64,000 nt of DNA. Source: Phoronis australis. Lineage: Eukaryota > Animalia > Phoronida. Both the position numbers and the translations under genes were made by a program. Under the pieces are notes generated by a model. It was not told where the DNA came from. It did not search any database and saw only the letters and a program-made list of their open reading frames with translations. Positions 38,701-50,700 of the stretch are shown piece by piece (the stretch's first letter is position 1; every line of letters starts with the position of its first letter). The stretch lies in the NCBI GenBank assembly GCA_002633005.1, contig NMRA01000524.1:126381-190380 (forward strand). The letters run 5' to 3'.

Positions 38701-41700
38701 AAATAAGCATATTTTGACCAGATGCAAGGATTAGGCTCACTGGAAGTCACTAAGGGTAGTCACCTAACCACCATTGTATAGCCACAAAATAAATGTNAAA
38801 TAAGTGAAGAATTATGGTACACAATGTTTTAGTCACAGCACGGGATTGAACAGGACTTCATTTTAACTGGGTACACACAGACCGTTAGCAAAACACAAGC
38901 AGAGCACAAAATAGGATACAGAAAATACATCTGACTGCATAATATGAATCAAATAATTAATAGCGATCTATATAAACTGAATCAAGCACTTTATTAATGT
39001 TAGGTATCAGTACGCATAGCCAAGATTTGTCCCCGAGATGAATCACAACTTACACAAGATCAGGGCCCAAGTTGAATGTTATGGAATCAGAGCGGCGACA
39101 GCCAACCAAGCTGGTCTCTGAGTAATTTCATCAGGTTGGTAGATTACAAATTGATCGTTTCTTATTTTTACAACCAGAAAAGCATTAATACCTCGACAGT
39201 TTTGGCTCCTCTCAGCAGCCATCTTCCGAAGTTATTGGTCATTAGGAAGCGTGGTGATCATGAGGCTGTTCCAAATTTTAGACAAGTTATACCCCCCCCA
39301 GTAGTCCCTGTTCACAACAAAAGATGGCTGCTGATAGGAGCAGGAACTGTCAAAGTACTTAATAATGCTTTTCTGGTTGTGAAAATAAGAAACAATCAAT
39401 TTCCAACCAAGCTGGTACTGTACCAATAAAATAAGCATATTTTGACCAGATGCAAGGATTAGGCTCACTGGAAGTCACTAAGGGTAGTCACCTAACCACC
39501 ATTGTATAGCCACAAAATAAATGTTTAATCAAAGATTAAAGACCATTTCATACTGAGGTCACTCTGGTAGGAGAGGAGCTTGGATGTAAACTGTATGAAT
39601 TAAGTTGAACATCCCATAATGGCGTTGATAGTTAACGAGCATCCATTGAGTAAATCTCTGTAGGTAACACTGTCGTTATTGAAGTCATCGCAAGGTAGCG
39701 CTGATGCATAAGTTGGTCTTCCTTAGACATGGTTTTATAAGTTGAGAAGTCGGTGGTTACGCACGCATGCCGCACACAAACAAACACCCACACATTCGAG
39801 GCAGACTGAGAAATGGCAGGGTTTTCATTCCGCATGCATTAAGATTTTTTTAATCTGACAAGTTGATAAGGGTTACCTGCAGTGACATAAAACTTTATTT
39901 TAAATTCAACTTGTCATTATTAGAGCAAAATGTTACCAAATTTTAGCAGCGACACTTCTTTTTGTTGAACATTGCAGTCATGGCTTCTACAGACAAATGA
40001 ATCTTAATGAGGTCAAAGTTGATACTGCACTGAAGCATTGACCTGTTTACTGCGATTAACTGGCACTGAATGCTTTTACCTAGGTCCAAAGTTAGAGATT
40101 CATACTGACACAGCGCTTCCCAAAACATCAAAACATCGATGTCAGTGTGAAAGGGTCTTATCAGCTGTTAAACCAGATAAGCAACCTGCCGCTGACAGGT
40201 ATATCTTGGGGCAGATCTTGGCTATGATCAGAATTTTGTTGCGACTCGATGACTCAAAGGCTTATATTTAATTAAAATTTCATTAAATTGGAAGTAAGAG
40301 ATCAAAAGAAATTAACTAAAATGCAAAGTAACGATAATTATAATCAAATGTTAAATATTAGCTACACTAAAAAATATGTATGTTATAATCAGAAAGTGTT
40401 CCAAGTTACATATTTCTAAAAAGTTCTGGTTTCCAATACATGGTGACATGAAGCTGCCCAAAAATCGGTCTAGAAGTTACCGCGATTTACCTACCTCTTT
40501 CCGTTTTTCTGCTCTAGTCTCGCTCCTCTCCAAAGTGTTGATGGGCACAACGCTGGAAGGTCGTGCCTCTTGACGGGACTTCCTGGCTGAGGGAGCTCGG
40601 GTCGTCGACTGAAATTAACAAAACATTCATTCCATTTTACTGCAGAAACGGCTTTTATAAGAAGAACTAAGACTTCACGTCTAGCCCAGCGGATGGCTTT
40701 AGCAGAACATCACTCCAACAATAGTCATGTTCCAGTGACTGCTAACTGACCTCGTGCTGGTAATGGAACACTTCAAGTTGACTTAAATCCTCTTGTGGTG
40801 CCCTCTTCGTTTTTTTCTTTGAACAGGTAGATTTCACAACTTGCTATTCATGTCTGTGAGTGGTAAACATTGGAATAAAACAGTCTTACTGAGAATTTTG
40901 TAGAGCAACACCATTTTGTTATAAGGTGGAAGCCTTTTGTGAATTTTTTCATGGAAGTTAGCACAGATGTTCTAGCAACCAAATGGAATTTGATCCTTTC
41001 CGATCTGCAACTGGACACTGCACCGCAAAGCCGTTGTATTTGGGCTTGATTTTGGCCTCTAAAATGATTCTGCATAGAACTTCATTGCCTGCAGTAAACT
41101 GGTGCTGCCAGTCTGTCTCATCTAAAAATATCAACCAAATTGTACAAAAGAATTGTGCAGTATCTTAGGTTCAAGCACCACTTCAATCTCAGTAAGACTT
41201 TCAACATTCAGAAACGATTTAATACTTGTCTGTTGTTTGATTTGTCAACACCAGGTGGCATCCAAAAGGTACCTAGTAGTGTCTTAAACATTTTTTGCTA
41301 TAAAAACCAAAGCTTGTCTTCCCAATTCTAAAAAAACTCGTGGAAATGAACTAAAGATCTACACTCCGTAAAATATAAACTTAATGTGAACTGGCATTGA
41401 AATTCAAAGGCAACTTTCCGGAGAAAGTTGTGTAAAAAGTAGTCAGAAAGGAACAGCACGATTCACCAAAAGAGTCATTGGAATTAGTCAACTCACTCCT
41501 CAAAGGAAGGTTGGTTAGTGAAAACAAGAGAAACACAATCTCATTCCGGCACCGTTACACCACAGCGAACGAAAGAACAAAGCAGACAATCACATACTTC
41601 AGGAGACTTTCACAGGCACTAAAACATAACCCAAAGATCAGGCAGTTAAGACAGAGGCTACAAAGTGTACCACAGACAAGCACACTTGTCTAGCTTTCAA

Positions 41701-44700
41701 TGGTCACTCAGAGACAGGCAAACAGCCAACCACACTGCGTTTACTTAACACACAAAACACATTGGTAAGAAATTCTTAACAAATGCCGATTGTAACAAGA
41801 AATCCATCATAAGCGTCATGTGACCAGCTTCTGGTTGAAACATTAGACTGGTATGATACCAGGATACATTTCTGAAGATTTTTCTCGAAGGATACCATAT
41901 CAATTGTATTCTTATGCAACCCATTCCTGTCTTATACAAAAAAGAAACAAAGCCAATATAAGAAGGAAAACTTAAAGAACAACGCTAATTAGCAAGCATC
42001 TGGAAAGTACTCACACTACAGAACATGAATCAAACCAAACGACTGAAAAATCTGTTCAGCGAAAAAGTCTAATGCACAGCCAAAACTAGAACAAAGCTGT
42101 AGGAGTAGATCTGGCAGAAAAATGGCCACATAAAGAACACGTTTCCTTCATGGGAGACTCATCAAATATCAAGTATATCAAGTTCGAGAACATGGCCAAC
42201 TCAAGCACTAGCTCGGAACAATGATTTACTCTGACCACTCTCCTTAGTCGTACAATGCTGAACTGCTGACGACCTACCACACTGGCATAGAACAAACGGT
42301 TAGTGAAGCGAGCGTCCAGCCACATGTGACACACTTCTTACCCTCGTCTCGACCGAGCTCACGGCTGAACTCAGAACAGCCTGAGGTTCAACTCGAACGA
42401 GCTTCTTAATATTTTCGCTGGGATTATTAGTCAGGCTTAACTTCTGAAATGATTTGGTCGTGTAGGATAACATGAAGACAAAAGTGTGCAACGTGAAGGA
42501 AACAAAATAGAAAAGTTACGACAGAATAAAATCATGAATGATTACTGTTTTAGTCAACACTACAGCATGATGAAATTATGAAGACAGCTTTTAACCTTAA
42601 AGGTTATGTAGGAGCCTAAAAATTTTGAAAATTTGATTGGAAGATCATACCTCAGAAATGGCCAATCGAATTCATATGAAACTTTCAGATACTATGCGTA
42701 ATGCACTATTCTCTAAAACTGTTAAAAACTTCTTTTATAATGCGTCCACATATAAATATGTGGGCGCATAAAAATGTTCCATTTTTTGCATAAAATGCTA
42801 TGAAAATAGGATTTTTATAATTTGTATGAAAAACTCATGAAACAATAAGGAAATTATTATTTACAAAATTGTAACATCGTTTTTGAGATTTCATCATGAA
42901 AATTTATAACTCATGAAATTTTGTCAAGTCATTCGGGTACCCTTGCTTTGATATAAATGCACCTTTCTTTTCTACTAAATTTTACTAAGAAGGCGTGGTC
43001 ATGTGATCCAATCAATGATGGATTGGTAAAAATCAAATTCTACGTCAGGTGTTCTAGTTTTGTGGACACTTGGCTAAATACACAGTGGCGGATTTAGGGG
43101 GGGGGAAGGGAGTCATGCACCCCCCTAAAATTCTCCCAGATTCCATTTGACAGTACGGGTGTGCGAATGTTTGACAGGCAAAGTCCTGGCTATACTCTGC
43201 CCTGCCCCCCCAATTCAAAATGCTGGTTCCGCCCCTCTAAAGTTATATGATCTGACCATGCTTTTTTCGTTCCAATAAAGTATTGCACATATCATGAACG
43301 ATGCAGTTCTATAGAGACTTACCATCTGGCATAATGTTACACTAAAGAATATATAACACGTCGATTATGTATCGCAACGCACGCATGTGTGGGGTAATTC
43401 TAGCGAATCCAACGCTGAATTCCGCTCGCACATTGCCGTCATGACGTGGAATTCAACTTGAGCTAAGCCGCCACGACAGCGAATTTTGGGTAATTCTGTC
43501 AAAGTATTTGACTGGGTATACCACAAGACTAAGTGTATAGTGAACAGACAAAATATTTCCTCGTCATCAAGGGTCATTCTAGCCATTCCAACAGTGAATT
43601 CCCCTCCCACAAACCCGTCATGACGGGGAGTTCTACTTACGCTCAATGATGGGGAATTCTGGGAATTTTTTTCTGATTATTTTTTATGAATACCATAAGA
43701 CAAACAGTGCACTCACCGCAGAAGTCTCCTGAGTCTTACTACCCCGTGCATTCCTTTGTTTGTCGCGTTCCTTCTTACTCTTGAGACGTTTCTTTTTCTT
43801 TTCTGCCTCCAAGAGCTACAAAATGTTGTTATATTATGCGCATTGAAACGAGACTTCTTTAGATGTCATGTTAATTCATGAGATGAGACCTTCTGCTAAG
43901 TAATTCTCAACTTATTTTGCTCAAACATAACAACAAAATTGTTGTTTTTCTAATTTTCTAAGGCTGATTACCTTGATCCAAGTCATCAAAACTTTGCCAA
44001 ATGTTGTGTTCAGGAAATCTTCAGTTCGAACGAAACTAATAACAAATTAACATTTTCTTAATCTGTATTTTTACGGAGAAATTTGGCAAAGTAGAATGAT
44101 CTTACATGTCGGCCATATTGCATGCTACATAGATGGAGAATCAGCGTACTACGGTCCTGACTCCTTTGGTGCGTGCGGAGTCCAATATGTTCACAAACAC
44201 AGTCACAGTTAACAAAATACCAAATGAAATTCTTCAAAAATAATAAACGCACGGAAATTTACAGAAAAAAATATATTAACATAATTATTAAGCTGTGTTT
44301 TGCTCCAACTGTGTTACAATATGTTGATACGGACAACCCATTACTTTAATTCCAAATCTTTTGGTTACCTTGGCATCGGCTAAGTACTGCAGTTGAACGG
44401 GCAGACCATCAGACAGAGAACTGTCAGAACCACCATCACTAGAAACACACAGGAATAACAAGTCAAGGTAGTGACACAGTCACATAAAATGTAGGTTAGT
44501 TTTGAAAAGTTACTCTCATGGTGTTAAAAAACTGCTTCTAGTTAAATTTTATTAAAAAATTTACAGATAATTTACAACACATTAAAACCACGGAAATACA
44601 TTCATTTACACAGTCATTCTCTTCAATTTTAGGGTTCACGTAATGTCGAATTTGTGGGTTATGCCCAAAGGAGCAAGTTCAACTGGAACATCAATAAACC

Positions 44701-47700
44701 GACTTTTGTGGCATTTTGAAAATAATGCTTTTTGATGACAAGCAAAATTACAGATTAAAGCAAAACAAAGAATGATGCACTTTTGCTGAAAATACCAAAA
44801 TATGCAAGACAGTAAACGAACACCAGGCTCTGTATCAATGTTGCGCCACCCTGTAGATGGCACCACTTACCTCGACTCCAACGCAGACATTTCATCCTCG
44901 GACAAATCAATATTGTCTAGGTCCGTGGCACCGTTCTGCAATTGCTGGCGAGCAAGTCGTGCGAGGATCTCTTGCTTGAGTCGTTCCTCCAATTCAGACA
45001 AGATTTTAGAAACCTGGGAACATGAAATCAATCATAATTTTTATTTTCATCACAGATAGGATAAATGTCATACAATGAAAACAAAAATCGCAACATTTGG
45101 AATGTTATCTCAGCTTGACCACAACATGATGACTTATAAGCTTATGATTATTTGGCAAAAACAATGATCGCAAAATTTTCTGTTCAATTTTTACAAAGGC
45201 TAATGACTTAGCAAAAGATGTAAAAAAAACAAAAGAAATCCAAATACTGTTGCTTGGTAACAGCTGTAAAAAACGTACCGTACTGACTTTGTACCAGAAT
45301 TTTCGTGAAGTTAATTCATTGAGAGAAATTTGACAAAATGAATTTCACTTTTCGACATACAGTGTATGACACTAGAACCAAGGGTACAACATGCGGTGTC
45401 ACTTGTCATTTACAATCCAAGAAAAAGCTTCAATTTTTTATTATGAACGCGTAATACGCAAAAATGAAGATCCAAAATCTCCACTTATTATGAACAAATT
45501 GCCAAAGTAGTCATTCTTCATTTTTCAAAGGCTGATTAGTGGTTACTTTACTGTAGACAATGGACAACTTACCAAAACTTGTTTTATGACATCTACATAC
45601 TGCAAATCATGCTAATAATAGACTAAGACTTGCCTAATCGGAATTTTTTGGAGAAATTTCACAAAATTAGAATTTCATTTGTTGCCAACATTGTGCGATA
45701 AATACGGTAAGTGAAGAGTTACCGCGCCATACTTTGTAGACAACTGAAGTGCATTTGATCTGATGCACAAGGCTGATATGAGATGAGCCACAAAAAATTG
45801 CAAACTGGCGACCATAATCAAGAAAACAGCCTGATTCATTGATTTTTCACACATTGAACAAAAATGTCTATGACAATTCAAAAAATCAAGATACTCGAAA
45901 ATTTATGATTTTTTACATTTTCGAAATTCTTGTAGCAGGCAGAAAATGCTATATCATTGCAAATTAATGGAGGGCAGCTATTCACACATCACTCGAACTA
46001 CAACTTATAAATCAAGGTATGTAAAAACAAAAAATAGTCTAAAAGAAATCACATTGGACTAAACAACTGGAAAATTTAAAAGGAGCAATCCGGCTAACAA
46101 GGGTTTGTAATACAGGGGCCCGTGATCAGCAATCTTAACTTGACACTTGACTCAAAAACTGACCAATCGCATTGCGTGAAATTAGGAAAATTACTTAAGG
46201 CGTGGTACACGATTTGTCAGTTTTTGGGTCAAGTTGTGAGAAAAGTTAGGCGGTCACAGTTAATAATTAGAGACTAGTTCTAAAATTATGTGGGGACAGA
46301 GTGAGAATCCTGCATGTTACGAGGCACGTTACGTCGGCAAGGCTTCATAGATCCAAGCCATTAGTGACGTGCGCATGGTAACTCGCTACAACTTTAAAAC
46401 AATAAAAATGAGAGAGATAGGAAGGATGAAACTCCCGTGCAACAATTACCATAATTTAACGGATGATGAATCATGAGCAGCAGATGTGAAGAGACACAGT
46501 TGGATTAAGTAAACAGTCTGACATTCTGACTTCACAAAACATTCATTTTACACATTCCAGTGTAAACGATGATTTTCAGGCCGCAAACTGATAGTCAACA
46601 TGAGACGAGTGGGCTACTAAGAAAAATTGACCAAATGGAAATGCTAGGTTTGAAGCCATTTTGTGTATACATGCCATCTTCTTGTCAAAGAACGTCTCAA
46701 AATAACCGAAAACGCATTGAATGTTTCCGTCTTGATACCACATTGGTTCAGACCAGCCCTGGAGATGGAGTGTGAACATTGTGAACAACTTGCACTGCAT
46801 TAACAACAGGTGGAGATTTGTCACAGCAATGACACAGAAACTTTATCACTTTGCGCCCAATCAAAGGAGTTGTCGACATACAAACAAGACAATGAATTAC
46901 AAATTACACCAGAGCAGTGTTCCATATATGCAAGCCACTCGTGAGAAAAGGTAAGCGTGATCACCTGCTTTCTTTGTAATGCATGGCGATACCTCACAAA
47001 GATTTTTCACGATCTTGCATTTTCCCAAGTTTCTTGCAGCTACGGAATTCAATCCAGGTTTCACAAACTTAATTTTCAAAATTAGTCTTAACTACCGGTC
47101 GATATATTACTCTGACTTGGTTTGCCTTTTTCTATGGATCACACAGTACAGTTCACAGACAGTTTAGGAACGAGACAGTGATAAATCTGCTTCTCTGGGT
47201 AGCTGGCCGCACCACGTAGTCCACTGGACATTTGGGCACCACTTCGTAGCCGCCCATTCGAAAAACTATTCATGAACAATTTTCTAGGGACACACACAAC
47301 CTTACGCAAAAACTTGGTGAAACCTCTCTTTAAAGTAGCGATGACCGAGATGTGCGAGCAAAAATTATTTTACAAAATAAGCTTGTTAAAAGTGACAGTT
47401 ACAGTAACTATAAATGACAAGACCTTTACACAATGTTTCACATGTTATCTAAAGAACAGTGTCATTTAAGCAAGCCAAGAGATGGTTAGCGTGTAGTGTA
47501 CCGATACTGCAATGAAATTTGCATATTATGAACATAAAAATACTTACAATAGCTCTCATTCGAAGTAAATGACAAAATACAAATCTTTAATTATGATACA
47601 AAGTGAATTCCCACACCTGCAATCAGGTTGTGAGGTGAACATGTTTAAGTTCAGGCAGAGGGCAAATTGCCAGTTTTTCTCACTTAACTATCTTTTATCA

Positions 47701-50700
47701 AATTGATTTTGGCGAGACAAAAACACAAACCATTTCACCAAGACAACAATTATTAGAAACACAACAAAACAGAGAAACGCTAAAATGCCTTTAGTTGGTT
47801 TTCCCAGGAAACACGTCAAATTGCAGTGCTTACTTTAGTTGGGTCTGGGTCGCAGTAATCGAGAAGCGTGTCACAGAAATGATAGCCCATCTTCTCAAAG
47901 TCAACCGTGGTGAAGTGACAGTTTTTCTTCTTGCCCAGTGTAGAGCCACAAAACGTTGCCTAGGAGATATCACCAAGAATAAAAATTAGTGGGTAAAATG
48001 TTTAATTTAGATCTCTTTTGTGAAACTAATCCTTGCAAACAATGGTAAGTAACAACAAATTTGACATCACTGCAAATGGGTATGACATCATCACAAATAA
48101 TTATGACATCATCAAAGAGTGTGTAATTTCATCAGACTTACTTATTCCATAAAGTTTGACAAAATCTTCACCAACCTGTCGTGATATTGTGCTCTAAGTT
48201 GAAGAGGTTTCACTGTAAAATGACAGCTTTTCATAGCTGAGTGTGTAGTTCATGACATAAATGTGCCACCTGACAATGTCGCTTACCTCCATCGTGTAGC
48301 TATTCATGATACCCATGTTCCAAATCACAATACGACCAGTTCCTTCCTTACTCTTCTGAACTTTAAACTTGCACTCGTCATAGGAAAACTAGAACAAATA
48401 CAGTACGCAATATCATCAATTTAAAGTAGACTGAACTTACAGGCTAATTCTTTTATGCAAATCACTGAACTATGTCCAGTAGGTATCGTGACTTGGTGCT
48501 GGGGAATTACACTACATGATGCGGGCTACGTGAGTCCCCGAAGTATGTCATTAGTTCAAAGGTCACATATCTGTAGAATTTTTTGTGCACATTTTTAAGA
48601 TGCCATTGAATAAAACTGCACTTTGTTTAGCATAATTGTTGAAACAATATTGTCGTTTAGATCCTGCTATACATTAGCATAGTTAGAAGTATGCAAATAC
48701 AAAATTTATTCGAAGTGGTGGCAGAAAATTAAAGACATAATTGTAATGCAAATACTTGGAACTTTACCCATCATTTTCACAAATCAGTCTCAATGAAACA
48801 TTTTATTGTTTCACTGTCTTTCTACGGCATCTACAGATATCAACACTCAGGCGTTCACAAATAGTAGCGGCTGCTGATTGCTACATACCTTATCAGAGGC
48901 ATTACGACTCAGCATGACTGGGAAGACCCGCTCCCTCAGTCGACGTGCTGGGTTGTTTCGGTTCTCACAACCGTATATGAACACGTTCTGCTTGCGACTG
49001 TGTCCGTGTAGATCACAATAGACTATCACCTCTCGCTCGTCTTTTAGTCTAAAAGAACAATCATGATGCATTAGATATAGAGTAAATCATTTGCATTTGA
49101 CATTACATTTGAATAAAGACAGCAACTTTTGTAAAATGTATTAACATGTTTTAGCAGTAAAACATCCACCAACGTCAAGCTTAATTCAGAGAATGGATGC
49201 CAGGATGGCTACAGGTACAACACACAGAAATTCCTAAAACACACAAAAATACCACAGCAGGATTGGCTAGCCATCAGCGAATCACAACTCAGTGTAACAG
49301 TGTCAACGACTAATGGGAAACCTGTGCATTGAGTGAGAGCGTTTTTGAAGACTGAATGTGAATGGGTTTACGCAGTTTCAAGCGAAAGTGATTAGTATCA
49401 CTGTCAAAAAGCTATGTTCCCCAGTGGCCCCTGCAAGCAGCATTGTTTTCCTAGTGTCTAAAGATATGTGAATTCATATCACAAACTAGGTGTTCCTTCA
49501 CCCTTCTAGTCACGTGGTGAGTTTTCTCGCTACTTCCTAGTTTCCTAAAATGTCGTCGTTATTCAAATGAGTCTCACGGGGTATGTAACCAAGCTGTAGG
49601 CAATGCATGCGCTCCGATGTCAGATGGACATCCTACTCCATAGTCTAAATAAAATCATGGTGTTTGCCTTGCTACTGCCACATAAGGGACCGAGAAAAGT
49701 GGATAATCACCCGTGGTTTTTTACAGAAAAGCATGAGACTAATCACCCAATGATATCAGTTTGACTGTCTGTCAATCACCTGTCAGATGGTCACAGCATC
49801 ACCACATCACTTTGCTAAAAACCCAGAACCAACTGTTATTTTGGCCTTATCAGCATTGGTCGGTTGACCATAAAATAAAGTAACATCGGAACAAGCCTAT
49901 GCATTTAGCCAAATGTCTACAGCACAAATTCTAGATTTTAAGTCCTTCAAAGTATAAATTTTCTGATAGTAGAAAGCCTGTAGATTAGATTTTTGACCTT
50001 ATACCAATGTGGCAGCATTTGAAAGTTGCTTATGAATCCAGTCAGCCACTTCTGAGATATGATGTCCCAAAGTTAGTCAAATTTGGACATTTTTTCTAGG
50101 GTCCTACATAACCATAACTGAATTAATGTACGGTAAAGTCGCATGATTATCGGACGGCCCGCCATTTTCGACCAAGAATAAATATTTCCGTATACATGAC
50201 GATAAAAATTTCCAAATTTGGATAACTTCAGAAAATCATATCCCTGAGAAAAAGCTGATTCAAAAGAAACTTTTAGATAGTTACAACAAAGCACAGTTGG
50301 TTCTGATCTTTACAAAAAAGACCTGTGCAAACCAAGTAAAAAAAAAAAACGCCCGTCCACATCAGTTTACAGCTGTACAAAGGCATGTAAGCAAAGGTAA
50401 GCAAGACTTGCAGCCAAAGCGGTAAGTAAAATACTGCATCATGTTTGCTTTGTCTCAGGATTTTTCTCCTGACAAGGTGCTCAAATAAAAACATACCGTA
50501 CCATTGACTTAATTTTCAAAAAGAGACCACAACCAGTAAGTTTTTCAGTTGGACCTAATATGCTTTATGCACTTTCTCCAAAACGCTGCATAAGAATTAT
50601 TTTTAAAATGAACCACTTTTGCATGAGGGGCTATTGAACCCCTGATTTTTGTGAAAAAATCAGATATTCCATTCAACAAAGACAGATGATAATTTAGAAA

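Noticed and set aside
40751-40843. Possible 93-nt phase 0-0 cassette exon ([31 protein letters not shown])
   Set aside because: It needs the weak acceptor catgaatag; the stronger acceptor 10 nt upstream gives an immediate stop. Left uncalled.
45249-45261. RFX X-box-like motifs (GTTGCTTGGTAAC; GTTGCTATAGCAAC at ~22446) as ciliary-gene regulatory sites
   Set aside because: They are deep in introns, apparently within repeat-derived sequence, and far from the AGBL promoter, which is outside the window.
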